Assembly (NCBI GenBank): GCA_963801355.1
Contig: CAWDEM010000008.1
Span: 416,001 to 480,000 of the forward strand
DNA length: 64,000 nucleotides
DNA from: Ignavibacteriota bacterium
GTDB taxonomy: Bacteria; Bacteroidota; Ignavibacteria; UBA10030; UBA6906
Direction of reading: 5' to 3'
This document shows positions 1 through 9,902 of the stretch, one piece after another (positions within the stretch are counted from its first letter, which is position 1; the number at the start of each line of letters is the position of its first letter). The notes beneath the pieces were generated by a model. That model did no database searches. It was not told the DNA's origin and worked only from the letters and a program-made list of their open reading frames with translations. Position numbers and translations under genes: made by a program.

Positions 1-2
1 TC

Positions 3-74
3 GACCGCCCCCGTCTGGAAAAGATCCGGGCGTTTCTTGATGAATTCCGGTGCGGAGAGGAGGCCAACCGGTGA
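3..74 (+). CDS. 3' end of an upstream CDS (partial, ...DRPRLEKIRAFLDEFRCGEEANR*)
   Basis: Frame is open from the window edge, and its TGA (72-74) overlaps the GTG of the next gene (GTGA coupling). Confidence 0.5.
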   Translation, partial: DRPRLEKIRAFLDEFRCGEEANR

Positions 75-901
75 CGGAGCGCCAGCTCGAGAGAATCCGG
101 GCCTGGTGGCACTCCTATGTCCGCAGGTTTGACGTGGGTGACGCCGAGCTTCGCCGGAACGCGCGCCTCAAAGAAGTGCACACCCGGCGTGTCCGCAGGG
201 AAGCGGCACTAATCGCGGGGGAACTTGGCTGTCCTGCACCGGATCTCCGGCTGATCGAAGCGCTTGTCCTGCTTCATGACGTGGGGAGATTTGCACAATT
301 CGCAAAATACAGGACGTTTGCCGACGTGAAATCGGAAAACCACGCCTTGTTGGGCCTGAAGATCCTGCAGCAGGAGAAAGTGTTGCGTCCACTTTCACTT
401 CGTGAGCAGTCGGTGATGCGGCGGGCGATCAGGTATCACAATCAGCCGGACATTCCACCCGTGAATGAGGCCCGCTTGCTTTTCTTTTCGCGCATTCTTC
501 GCGACGCTGACAAACTGGATATCTGGCGTGTGGCCATCGGGAACCACTATGCGCCGCCGGAGAGGAAGAATCAGGCGATATCCATCGGTTTGCCGGATCT
601 CCCCGGGGTATCCCCGGGCGTGATGGAAGATCTGCGCGCAGGCCGCATCGTGGCAAGCCGCCATGTCACGAGACTTAATGATCTTACGCTGCTGCAGCTG
701 GGTTGGGTGTTCGACCTGAACTTTACGCCGACGATGCGTGCCGTTCAACGGAGGGGATATCTGGAAAAACTGCGTGGAGCGCTGCCTGATGATGAGGAAA
801 TGCGGGAGGCGTATCAGATCGCGCGCTCCTATATCGAGAGCCGCATGACGGATGGAGTATCGCGGTTATCTCACCAGAGCCATCTTGCGCGAAAACGATG
901 A
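71..901 (+). CDS. HD-domain metal-dependent phosphohydrolase
   Basis: H...LLHDVGRF...H...HN...RDADKLD motifs. GTG at 71 is preceded by GAGGAGG. Confidence 0.85.
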   Translation: MTERQLERIRAWWHSYVRRFDVGDAELRRNARLKEVHTRRVRREAALIAGELGCPAPDLRLIEALVLLHDVGRFAQFAKYRTFADVKSENHALLGLKILQQEKVLRPLSLREQSVMRRAIRYHNQPDIPPVNEARLLFFSRILRDADKLDIWRVAIGNHYAPPERKNQAISIGLPDLPGVSPGVMEDLRAGRIVASRHVTRLNDLTLLQLGWVFDLNFTPTMRAVQRRGYLEKLRGALPDDEEMREAYQIARSYIESRMTDGVSRLSHQSHLARKR

Positions 902-2860
902 GGGTGAGGAGCCGTCACCCGGACGGACATCCAGTCTGCAGAGATAAACCCCGCTTGCTAGCCCTGAAGCGTCAAACCTCACGTTGTAATGCCCCGGTGA
1001 TTTCTGTCCGTCCTCCAGTACCGCCACTTCCCGGCCCAGCAGATCGTACACTGCGAGCCTGATCCGGCTGAAAGCCCGGCCCGGGCCTCCGGCTCCTTGT
1101 GTCCCGCCCGGAACATCGAACCCTATAGTTGTGGTCGGGTTGAAGGGATTGGGAAAGTTCTGTGCAAGCGCATACGACGCGGGCACATCTTGCTGCAGAT
1201 CCTCGATGCCGGTGGACGGATTTTGAACCGTCGCGGGATCGATGAAATGCTTTACGGTCCCGAGCCAGTAACCCAATGTAGCCGCGTGTGAGCCGTCATA
1301 CAGATCGCGGTCAGCCTGAAGCAATGCATTCGCTGCATCGGCGGCAGTCACCCCGTAGCCGAGATAGCAGAGGCTCTTGAGGACGATGCGGTCGGTGACA
1401 TCCCTGCCGAGTTCACTCCAGATGCCCATCAACGTGGAAGACCATACCTGACCCGCTGCATGCGGCGATGGATTGTCGAACGGATACGTGTTCGCATCAT
1501 CCAAACGGCGGCCGGACCAGTACACGTTGTGCCCGTCCCATTTGTACACCCATGAGAATTGATCGTCTTCCCGCATCCACTGATTCAGCGAGCGCGCGTA
1601 GGACGCTGCCCAGTAGTCGGAGTAACCTTCGCCGAGCGCAGCGGATTCCCCGCCGCCCCAGGTGGGAGAGAAAGTGTACTGAATGGCATGGCCGTACTCG
1701 TGCCAGATGACATCCGCGTCTTCGGCGTCGTCGACGCCTCCCGTGCCAAATGACATCCAGTTCCCGGAAGGACTGTAGTGTGAATTGTCCATTCCCTGGA
1801 AGCCGTGGGGGTCGATGCGGATCTTGCGCAGGCGGCTTGAGGTGAACCCGAGATCCCGGACCCGTTTGTACGCCAGCGATGCGTGATAGTATGCATTCAC
1901 AGCCTCGAATCCCATCTGGCTCCGGTCGAACTGAAATCCGTCCGGCGTCAGCGATGTGACCGCGGTATCAAAGGGCGACTCGATGTCCATGATCGTGCAA
2001 TACGGTCCGCGGAGGAAAAAGCTTCCACCGGAAAACGTGATCGAATCGAGGGCCACAAGGCTGCGGTACGCCGCCAACGAATCCGAATTCTGATCATCGT
2101 TATCTGAGAATCCGTCTGTGCCGTACTTCTGACGGGCGGCGCTCAATGGATCGGTCAGGTACACAAAGCCGCTGCCGTTCATTTGCTGATTGTCTTCATA
2201 CTCCACGAAGAGGTCGCGTGACTGCAGAAGCACACCGGTCGTCGCGTCGACAATGACCTCCCAATCGCCCGCAGGTTCCTCACGGGTCATTGCGACCCGG
2301 TACGCAAGATGATATGCTCCCTTTTGATCGGCATAGACGATCAGCGTGGCGGAATCATCCTGGCCGATGGCCCGGTTGGAGGTCTTGAGAATGTCGCGAA
2401 CGATGGTGAGGGCTCTAGCAGCGTCGAACGAAGGAGCAGCCGGGGCTTCGACACCGGTCCGGCCGTTGTTGATCACCATGGTGATTTCGTTGAGTGAGTT
2501 GACGCTCACAACAACGTCTGCTCCATAGACCGGGAGTCCTTTGTACATCTGTTGGAATCGCACGTGCGTGCCGCCGGGGGCGTCTATTACCGCGGCGGTG
2601 ACGAGATCAGAACTCGCGGTGCTCAAGCGAAGCGCCTGGTTGTAGGAAGCCAGAAACGAGCTAGCCGCGAGTTCCGGAGAATGTTGAGTTGACGGGATTC
2701 GTAGATTGAAGAGGGCCCGGGGGACTCCCAGCTCATCGACCTTCATCGATCCCACATATTGCACGCCCTGTGCGGTCTGCGCCGGCGAAGGATGGATCGC
2801 ACCGGCAGTCATTGCGAAGACTGCAACTGCGGCGAACATCCTGTTACGGTGCATGATCAT
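866..2860 (-). CDS. Secreted zinc metallopeptidase (M36/M4 gluzincin-like) with propeptide and T9SS-type C-terminal sorting domain
   Basis: Signal peptide, FTP/PepSY-like propeptide (HVRFQQMYKGLPVYG), HEYGH plus EGYSDYW zinc ligands, C-terminal QNFPNPFNPTTTI...GLASGVY...KMALVR. Confidence 0.85.
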   Translation of the reverse strand: MIMHRNRMFAAVAVFAMTAGAIHPSPAQTAQGVQYVGSMKVDELGVPRALFNLRIPSTQHSPELAASSFLASYNQALRLSTASSDLVTAAVIDAPGGTHVRFQQMYKGLPVYGADVVVSVNSLNEITMVINNGRTGVEAPAAPSFDAARALTIVRDILKTSNRAIGQDDSATLIVYADQKGAYHLAYRVAMTREEPAGDWEVIVDATTGVLLQSRDLFVEYEDNQQMNGSGFVYLTDPLSAARQKYGTDGFSDNDDQNSDSLAAYRSLVALDSITFSGGSFFLRGPYCTIMDIESPFDTAVTSLTPDGFQFDRSQMGFEAVNAYYHASLAYKRVRDLGFTSSRLRKIRIDPHGFQGMDNSHYSPSGNWMSFGTGGVDDAEDADVIWHEYGHAIQYTFSPTWGGGESAALGEGYSDYWAASYARSLNQWMREDDQFSWVYKWDGHNVYWSGRRLDDANTYPFDNPSPHAAGQVWSSTLMGIWSELGRDVTDRIVLKSLCYLGYGVTAADAANALLQADRDLYDGSHAATLGYWLGTVKHFIDPATVQNPSTGIEDLQQDVPASYALAQNFPNPFNPTTTIGFDVPGGTQGAGGPGRAFSRIRLAVYDLLGREVAVLEDGQKSPGHYNVRFDASGLASGVYLCRLDVRPGDGSSPSSFSRKMALVR

Positions 2861-3040
2861 GGCGTGCTGAGTCTTCTCTCTGGTTCAGTGGTACTTGTGA
2901 TCGAACATAGACGGCGCTGAGGGCGTGCGCGTTGTTCGATCATGACTCAATATAGGCAGGTATGAGCGTCCGGAGGTGTGTCGGTTGTCACATTTTGTAG
3001 AATTTACATAGGTGACAGGTAAGAATTCCACCCTTTTTCG

Positions 3041-5260
3041 CTATTTCAGCAGACCCATTTCTGAAAACGGGATGTCCTGAAAACCCGCTTTGCGGGCTGG
3101 AGAGTCCAGCGGCACTGAAATCACACGTCGTTGAGCATCAAACCGGAACGGTGGCTCTGGAACAAACGCATCGTCCTGGAAAATCTCTTTGACCCTCGGG
3201 TCGGTGCGGGTCAGGGCTTCGTACCCATCCACGAGATCGATGTTCAGATAGTAGGGATCCCATCCCTTCTGGCCGGCTTTCCAGCGACGCAGCACAATAG
3301 GGTCGGCGGAAATATTGTTGCGGAATGTGCTGATGTGCAGGTCGAATGTGTGGAAGTCATAAATATCCATCCACCGGCCGCCGTATGAGAGATTGTTCTC
3401 GAACCGGTTGTTGACCGGAAGGTCCTGCGTCTCTCCCGGAAGATTTGCAAGCGCGGGATACCGCGTTGTGTAAGGCGGCTGATTTCCCTTGACCTCCTTG
3501 AGCCGGTCGAACAGGGTGTTGTGAACACCGTCAAAATAATATGATGCCCACCCGCGCCCGCGAGCATCGAGATGAATTGACGGGCTGCACTCCACGTACA
3601 CATTGTTCTTGACGATATTGTCCCTCCCGCCGCCGACGAGTGTTGCCCGCCCCGCCCTGTAGAATACATTACCGATCACGGTGAACCCGGTTGCCCAGTC
3701 ATCGAGATAGACTCCCATGACTCCATGCAGGCCCGGACCCTTCAGGTCATGGAAATAATTGAAACGGATCACGTTGCCGTACCATGTGTAATCCCTGCCG
3801 GTGTGCAGTGCGCCTGCATCGCCGGATTCCTTTGTCACGCTGTGGACTTCATTGTATTCGATGAGGTGATCATTGCCCTTGACGTAAATGGCTTCAAACG
3901 GGGCATCGTGCATAAGGCAGTGGGTCAGCCGATGGCCTACGCCGTCGAGAATCACGGCGTACGCGCCTGTGCGGAGCCACTCTCCATAATGATGAATGTG
4001 GGTGTTGTGCACGAGGTGTCCCGACGGGACAAGTGTCGTGCGGTCTCCCCCCGAGAGAAGGATTGCCCCCCGTGCCATGTCCGAGATCTCGCATCCCACT
4101 ACGGAATGTCCGGAGCCGCCGAGTATCTCGATCGCATCACTTGCACCGTTCCTGAACGTGCACCGGGTGAGCGAATTGCGTGAGCCGCCCTTCAGCGAGA
4201 TGCACTGACCGCGGGTGCATTCGAATGTAATGCCGTCAAACATCACCTGTGCGCATTCATCGAGAATCGTAAGAGGCGCCTCCATCATGGAGGCTTCGAC
4301 GTCGCCGTCACGCACGGGCCCCGGTGGTGCAAAGAAAAGCACTCCGGCCTTCCGGTCGATGTACCATTCTCCGGGTGTGTCGATCTCTTCCATGACATTG
4401 AGGAATCTGAATCTTTGATTCTTCGTGTATCCGTAGTGGTGATGCGGCTCCGCGAAGGTGATCTCGTGGCGTCTGTTGTCGATGCGTTTGATCCTCTGGT
4501 AGGTGTCACTCCAGTCGAATGTCCAGTAGCCATGGGCGATGATGTCGTCGACAGGAGCCCATGCGGCCGGCCGCTCACCCACATATGTGATGCGGCCGTA
4601 ATGACGGCCGGCCGGCACACCATCGTAACGCTTCTCTCGTTCCAGGCCCTGATTGTACAGGGAGTCTCCGGATTGCGGGACATCGGCGATGTTGAGCCAC
4701 CCCTGATTCGGATACCTGGCGAGATCCATCCGTTTGCCTTTGAAGAATATCTCAATCCCGGGGTTGCCCCTGGGTGCGATGGTACCGAATTCGGAGATGC
4801 CCTGCGCCTTAAGATCGGTCCGCAATACAGATTTGCGCATCCCGGCGGAAAGGCGATTCAGTTCGGCTGCATTTGTTACCGGGACGAGGCCCGTGACGGT
4901 TGTTGCGCCGGAAATCCTGGGCGTTGTGCCCGGAGCCGCTCTCCAGACGAGCCACCCTGCCTGCGGTACATCGGCAGCAGTGATGGCCAGCGGGCGTGTC
5001 ATCCTGTATGTGCCTCCGTGGAGGAGAACAAGCACGGTATCCAGTGCCGCCGGGTAATCATGCGCGATTTTCCCGCCGGCCAGTCGGGCGGCGTCGAGTG
5101 TGGCAAGCGGCCCATCTGTGCCCCGGATGTTTGCTGACGATAGGCGTCCTGACCAGCGATCATTTCCCGCGGGGCTCACGTGGAGTGTATCGGTGCGGGC
5201 GGCAAGGAGGGTTGGTATGAGAAAAAGAGTGAGCAGCCAGGGACCAGGATTTCGATTCAT
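3041..5260 (-). CDS. Secreted right-handed parallel beta-helix protein (probable polysaccharide-active enzyme)
   Basis: Signal peptide, HVSPAGNDRWSG...DGPLATL N-terminal motif, repeated beta-helix strands, DAGALH and GVYLDD motifs. Start set at ATG 5260. Confidence 0.75.
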   Translation of the reverse strand: MNRNPGPWLLTLFLIPTLLAARTDTLHVSPAGNDRWSGRLSSANIRGTDGPLATLDAARLAGGKIAHDYPAALDTVLVLLHGGTYRMTRPLAITAADVPQAGWLVWRAAPGTTPRISGATTVTGLVPVTNAAELNRLSAGMRKSVLRTDLKAQGISEFGTIAPRGNPGIEIFFKGKRMDLARYPNQGWLNIADVPQSGDSLYNQGLEREKRYDGVPAGRHYGRITYVGERPAAWAPVDDIIAHGYWTFDWSDTYQRIKRIDNRRHEITFAEPHHHYGYTKNQRFRFLNVMEEIDTPGEWYIDRKAGVLFFAPPGPVRDGDVEASMMEAPLTILDECAQVMFDGITFECTRGQCISLKGGSRNSLTRCTFRNGASDAIEILGGSGHSVVGCEISDMARGAILLSGGDRTTLVPSGHLVHNTHIHHYGEWLRTGAYAVILDGVGHRLTHCLMHDAPFEAIYVKGNDHLIEYNEVHSVTKESGDAGALHTGRDYTWYGNVIRFNYFHDLKGPGLHGVMGVYLDDWATGFTVIGNVFYRAGRATLVGGGRDNIVKNNVYVECSPSIHLDARGRGWASYYFDGVHNTLFDRLKEVKGNQPPYTTRYPALANLPGETQDLPVNNRFENNLSYGGRWMDIYDFHTFDLHISTFRNNISADPIVLRRWKAGQKGWDPYYLNIDLVDGYEALTRTDPRVKEIFQDDAFVPEPPFRFDAQRRVISVPLDSPARKAGFQDIPFSEMGLLK

Positions 5261-5361
5261 GGGTGTTTTGGCGATAGGGAAGGGAAGGATTGTGAAACAA
5301 GTTACATAAGCGATATGAATTATGCCAGTCAACTGAGTAAGCCTGGCGCAAATGACTCGAA

Positions 5362-5413
5362 AGCCTGGGGAAAAAGCCTGGGGAAAAAGCCAGACTTTAA
5401 AGCCAGGGGAAAA
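5362..5413. repeat. Four tandem 13-bp units AGCCTGGGGAAAA (third unit degenerate)
   Basis: AGCCTGGGGAAAA / AGCCTGGGGAAAA / AGCCAGACTTTAA / AGCCAGGGGAAAA, read directly from the sequence. Confidence 0.85.
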
Positions 5414-5416
5414 AGT

Positions 5417-5445
5417 GTGACTTTATTGCCTGAGCATCGTATATT
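5417..5445 (+). promoter_or_regulatory. Putative sigma70-type promoter of the esterase gene
   Basis: GTGACT-N17-TATATT, ending 9 nt before the ATG at 5455. Confidence 0.5.
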
Positions 5446-5454
5446 GTCTCCATC

Positions 5455-6420
5455 ATGTTTACCGATCTGCCACTCGAACAGCTGCGCGCATATGCTCCCG
5501 CGCGCACCGAACCGCCCGATTTCGATCAATTCTGGCGGGCAACACTCGATGCGGCGCGCTCCGTGCCGCTTGCTCCAACCTTCACTCCCCATGAAACCGG
5601 CCTGAAAACTGTGGAAGTGTTCGATGTGACCTTTCAGGGGTATGCCGGTCAGCCGATCCGGGCCTGGCTTATTATGCCGGCCCACAGGGAGTTGAAACTT
5701 CCCTGCATTGTGGAATACGTAGGCTATGGCGGGGGACGTGCAAAACCGTTCGATTGGCTGACATGGAGTGCGTTCGGCTACGCACACCTCGTCATGGACA
5801 CAAGAGGGCAGGGGAGCAGCTGGGGAGGCGGAGACACGCCGGACGTCGAGGACTTTCCTGCAAATCCGCAGATCCCCGGTTTCATGACGCGCGGAATTCT
5901 CTCACCGGTGACCTACTACTATCGCCGCGTGTTTACAGACGCAGTGCGGGCCGTGGAAACTGCACGCCTTCATCCGGCAATCGATCCTTCCCGCATTGCA
6001 GTGACTGGTGTCAGTCAGGGGGGTGGCATCACGCTGGCCGTTGCGGGACTTCTCCCTGATGTCGCTGCCGCTCTGCCCGATGTGCCGTTCCTCTGCCACT
6101 ACCGCGTCGCCACAGAAATCACGGACCGCGATCCCTACTACGAGATCGTCCGGTTCTGCAAGATTCATCGGGACAAAATCGAGACGGTCTTTTCGACGCT
6201 CTCCTACTTCGACGGTGTGAACTTCGCTCCCCGTGCGCCGGCCCCTGCACTTTTCTCAACGGGACTCATGGACGACATTTGTCCGCCCCGTACGGTTTTC
6301 TGTGCCTATAACCATTACCGGGGTGAGAAGAGAATCGAGGTCTATCCCTACAATCAGCATGAGGGGGGGCAGAGCCATCACATGATCCGGAAATCGGAAT
6401 TCCTGCGGGGAATTTTCTGA
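5455..6420 (+). CDS. Acetyl xylan esterase / cephalosporin-C deacetylase (CE7)
   Basis: RGQ motif, GVSQGGG nucleophile elbow, DDICPP and HE catalytic motifs. Confidence 0.92.
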   Translation: MFTDLPLEQLRAYAPARTEPPDFDQFWRATLDAARSVPLAPTFTPHETGLKTVEVFDVTFQGYAGQPIRAWLIMPAHRELKLPCIVEYVGYGGGRAKPFDWLTWSAFGYAHLVMDTRGQGSSWGGGDTPDVEDFPANPQIPGFMTRGILSPVTYYYRRVFTDAVRAVETARLHPAIDPSRIAVTGVSQGGGITLAVAGLLPDVAAALPDVPFLCHYRVATEITDRDPYYEIVRFCKIHRDKIETVFSTLSYFDGVNFAPRAPAPALFSTGLMDDICPPRTVFCAYNHYRGEKRIEVYPYNQHEGGQSHHMIRKSEFLRGIF

Positions 6421-6548
6421 CAGTTCGCAGCTACAACGTACACAGCAGGCGGAGAGCATAAGGTCACGCGCTTTCCGCCTGCTGTGTCATTTCAAATCCC
6501 GACCGGTAGAGCCGGTTCCTCAGAGAAGGTCTTGCCCCGGCGAAGGTC

Positions 6549-7469
6549 TCACTTCAACTGTTCGGGAGCAAGGGCCTTCACGACCTTTAACGCGATCTCG
6601 GTACCGACGCGATCTTGCGCTTCGACCGTAGAGCCGCCGATATGGGGTGACACGCTGACGCGCGGATGGTTGATGAGCGCCATCTCGGCTGCGGTGGGGG
6701 GTTCATGTTCGAATACATCGAGTGCCGCCGCTGCCACTTTTCCGCTGTTCAATCCGTCCAGAAGTGCATTCTGGTCGATAACGCCGCCGCGTGCGCAGTT
6801 GATGATCACCACCCCTTTCTTCATCATTGCGATCTCTTTTTCTCCGATGATCGGCCCTGCTTTCTTGTCGAACGGCAGATGCAGTGTGATGAAATCCGAC
6901 TGCTGGAGGAGCCGTTCCTTTGTTGTGATCTCCACGAAGAAGTCCATCGGAGCGAACGGCGGATCGTGGGCAAGTACATGCATGCCAAAGCCAAGCGCGC
7001 GGCGGGCAACTTCCTTCCCGATGTTGCCGAGTCCCATGATGCCGAGGGTCTTTTTGTACAGCTCAATGCCCGCACCGTATTCCTTCTTGGGCCACTTCCC
7101 TGCATGCATCTCTGCTGTGCTCAAGTGGAGAAACCGGGAAACCGCGAGCATATGCCCCAAGGTGAGTTCTGCCACGGAGACTGCCGAAGCACCCGGCGTG
7201 TTCATCACAGCGATACCTTTTGCGGCGGCGGCGCCGGCGTCGATGTTGTCGAGCCCCACGCCACCGCGCGCAATGACCCGGAGCTTCTTGCCGGCTTCGA
7301 TGACTTCCTTCGTGACCTTGGTCGCGGAACGGACGAGGATCGCGTCGTAATCGCCGATGCGGGCCAGCAATTCCTCAGGCGTGAGCTTCTGTTGCGTGAC
7401 GTCGAACCCGGCGTCTTTGAGGATCTTTGCCCCTTCGGGCGAGATTCCGTCGGTGATAAGCACTTTCAT
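6549..7469 (-). CDS. serA: D-3-phosphoglycerate dehydrogenase-like D-2-hydroxyacid dehydrogenase (no ACT domain)
   Basis: VRSATKVT, RGGVGLDNID, GLGNIG, NCARGG, DVFEHEP, PHIGGST. Confidence 0.8.
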   Translation of the reverse strand: MKVLITDGISPEGAKILKDAGFDVTQQKLTPEELLARIGDYDAILVRSATKVTKEVIEAGKKLRVIARGGVGLDNIDAGAAAAKGIAVMNTPGASAVSVAELTLGHMLAVSRFLHLSTAEMHAGKWPKKEYGAGIELYKKTLGIMGLGNIGKEVARRALGFGMHVLAHDPPFAPMDFFVEITTKERLLQQSDFITLHLPFDKKAGPIIGEKEIAMMKKGVVIINCARGGVIDQNALLDGLNSGKVAAAALDVFEHEPPTAAEMALINHPRVSVSPHIGGSTVEAQDRVGTEIALKVVKALAPEQLK

Positions 7470-7633
7470 GGTGAACTCCAATTCTGGGATCGGAAGGATT
7501 GAAAACAACGAAAGATAGCCAAATGCGATTCAAGCCGCAAGCGCGCGGCGCACCGGCCGCCTTGCTTGTTGCCGGGCGTTTGAGTAGATTGCCTCACCGT
7601 TTCGCCTTAACCATCCGAAATCCCATCCATGCC

Positions 7634-8701
7634 ATGACTTCTCGAGAACGGGTCCGTCGCGCATTTTCCCACGACATCCCGGATCGTGTTCCCATTGATT
7701 ACCTGGCGAACCCGGATATCGACCGTCGCTTGAAAGAGCATTTCGGCTTTTCCCCCGGCGATGACGAAGCTCTGAGGCAAATCCTGCACGTGGATTTTTT
7801 TGAGATCGTCCCGCCATATACCGGCCCGCAACTCCACGCACCGATTCCTGACCGGAAAATCGACCTCTGGGGCATACGGACCCGGTGGATCGAACACAGC
7901 GATGGCGGCTATTGGGATTACTGTGACTTCCCCTTGCGGGATGCCGATCTCGAGACCGTCGAGGCCTGGCCAATGCCTTCCCCCGACGACTTCGACTATG
8001 ATGCAGTCCGGGACCTCTGCAGGACCTATCGCCACTACTATCTGATGGCCGGCAACCCCGGCGCCGGCGACATGATCAATACCGCCGGAATGATCCGCTC
8101 GCCGGAGCAAGTGCTCGTGGACCTTATGACCGACGAACCGGCATGTCTCCGGTTCATGGACAGGAAGAACGAAGTACAACTGAAGATGCTCGAGCGTGCG
8201 CTTGAGGCGGCACGCGGCGAGATCGACATGCTCTGGCTGGGAGAAGACCTCGGAACGCAGAGGGCTCCGATGATCAGTATCGACCTGTTCCGGAAGCATA
8301 TCCGCCCGCGGCACCAGGCGTTTGTGGACCTCGCGAAGCATTTCGGCATTCCCGTGATGATTCACTCCTGCGGGTCCAGCAGCTGGGCCTTCGAAGATTT
8401 CATCGACATGGGCATTACGGTCGTTGATACGCTGCAGCCCGAGGCGCTCAACATGGCTCCCGCGTATCTCAAGCGAACGTTCGGCGACCGGTTGTCGTTC
8501 CACGGATGTATCTCCACGGCCGGGGTCGTCGCCACCGGCACGGTTGATGAAACCCGTACGATGGTTCAACAGACCTTGCAGACGATGATGCCGGGAGGCG
8601 GTTATGCATTTTCCCCGACGCACATGTTGCAGGACAACACTCCGACGGAGAACGCCCTGTTGATGTACGAAGAAGCCTTGAAGGCAGGAAAGTACCTGTA
8701 G
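7634..8701 (+). CDS. Uroporphyrinogen decarboxylase-superfamily protein (MtaA/CmuA-like, not canonical HemE)
   Basis: MTSRERV start, EDLGTQ, IHSCG and GGGYAFSPTH motifs. Confidence 0.8.
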   Translation: MTSRERVRRAFSHDIPDRVPIDYLANPDIDRRLKEHFGFSPGDDEALRQILHVDFFEIVPPYTGPQLHAPIPDRKIDLWGIRTRWIEHSDGGYWDYCDFPLRDADLETVEAWPMPSPDDFDYDAVRDLCRTYRHYYLMAGNPGAGDMINTAGMIRSPEQVLVDLMTDEPACLRFMDRKNEVQLKMLERALEAARGEIDMLWLGEDLGTQRAPMISIDLFRKHIRPRHQAFVDLAKHFGIPVMIHSCGSSSWAFEDFIDMGITVVDTLQPEALNMAPAYLKRTFGDRLSFHGCISTAGVVATGTVDETRTMVQQTLQTMMPGGGYAFSPTHMLQDNTPTENALLMYEEALKAGKYL

Positions 8702-8792
8702 AGAGCGACGGAGCATCATGGACGGTCAGTACTGATATCACACATCTGATATCCGGATGGGAATCAGCAGATCCACTTCAGGAGGCACTCTT

Positions 8793-9902
8793 ATGGATAT
8801 CGGGATCCCCCGGGAACACCGGGCAAATGAATACAGGGTCGGACTGACCCCTGCCGGGGTCGGGCTCCTCACGGCAATGGGGCATTCCTGTTATGTGGAA
8901 AAGGATGCTGGTCTTGGCGCGGGCTTTTCCGATCTGGACTACGAGCATCAGGGGGGGAAGATCGTCTATTCCCCGCTGGAACTCTACGCGCGATCATCTC
9001 TCCTGCTGAAGCTTGCGCGTCCGACCGCCGATGAGATCAGCATGCTCAACGAGGGGGCCGTGGTGATGGGCTTTCTCCACCTCGCAGTGTCGCGCCGCGA
9101 ACGTGTGGAGACACTGCTCCAGAAGAAAGTCACGGCCATCGCGTACGACCTGATGCAGGCAGACAACGGGACGCTTCCCGTACAGCTGCCTCTCAGCCAG
9201 GCTGCGGGGCGCATGACGCCCGGGATTGCGGCGACGTTCATGCAGAATCATCATGGGGGGAAAGGTATTCTCCTCAGCGGCGTACCGGGAGTGCCTCCTG
9301 CTGAAGTCGTGATCATCGGGGCGGGAGCTTTCGGCTCCGCCGCCGCACACGCATTCCTTCGCGCGGGTGCGAGTGTGTATGTCCTCGACAAAGACCTGGC
9401 GAAACTCCAGGCGCTCGACGAAGCGCAGGGAATGAGTGGACGCCTTGTCACGATGGTCTCGCACTCCTTCAATGTCCTGAAGACAACACGATTCGCCGAT
9501 GTTCTGGTCGGCTGTGTGCTTGTCCCCGGTGAACGGGCACCGGTTCTCATCTCGCGCGACCTGGTCAAACGCATGAAAGCACGCTCGGTCATCATTGATG
9601 CCTCCATCGACCAGGGCGGATGTGTTGAGACAAGCCGCCCAACCACACATCGTGATCCGGTCTACATCGAAGAGAACGTCATTCACTATTGCGTACCGAA
9701 CATGACCTCGGTGGTTGCGCGCACGGCAACGCATGCATTCAATAACGCTGCGTGGCCGTTCATTCAGGAGATCGCGTTGCACGGGCTGGAACATGCGATC
9801 GAGGCCATGCCGCCGTTGAAGCGGGGGGTCATGGTGCACAAAGGTCATGTGGTGAACCCCACTCTTGCATCCTATCTGGGGATGAAAGGAGTGGCCCTAT
9901 GA
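8793..9902 (+). CDS. ald: Alanine dehydrogenase
   Basis: GIPRE..EYRV, FLHLA, GVPGVPPA, DASIDQGGCVETS, HYCVPNM. GGAGG ribosome-binding site upstream. Confidence 0.85.
   Translation: MDIGIPREHRANEYRVGLTPAGVGLLTAMGHSCYVEKDAGLGAGFSDLDYEHQGGKIVYSPLELYARSSLLLKLARPTADEISMLNEGAVVMGFLHLAVSRRERVETLLQKKVTAIAYDLMQADNGTLPVQLPLSQAAGRMTPGIAATFMQNHHGGKGILLSGVPGVPPAEVVIIGAGAFGSAAAHAFLRAGASVYVLDKDLAKLQALDEAQGMSGRLVTMVSHSFNVLKTTRFADVLVGCVLVPGERAPVLISRDLVKRMKARSVIIDASIDQGGCVETSRPTTHRDPVYIEENVIHYCVPNMTSVVARTATHAFNNAAWPFIQEIALHGLEHAIEAMPPLKRGVMVHKGHVVNPTLASYLGMKGVAL

Noticed and set aside
7634-8701. Annotation as hemE
   Set aside because: The motifs (IHSCG, EDLGTQ) fit the broader methyltransferase-like URO-D superfamily, and no heme biosynthesis genes are nearby.
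8726-8753. TCAGTACTGA palindrome and two CTGATATC copies upstream of ald
   Set aside because: Short motifs that could arise by chance, with no regulator assignable.
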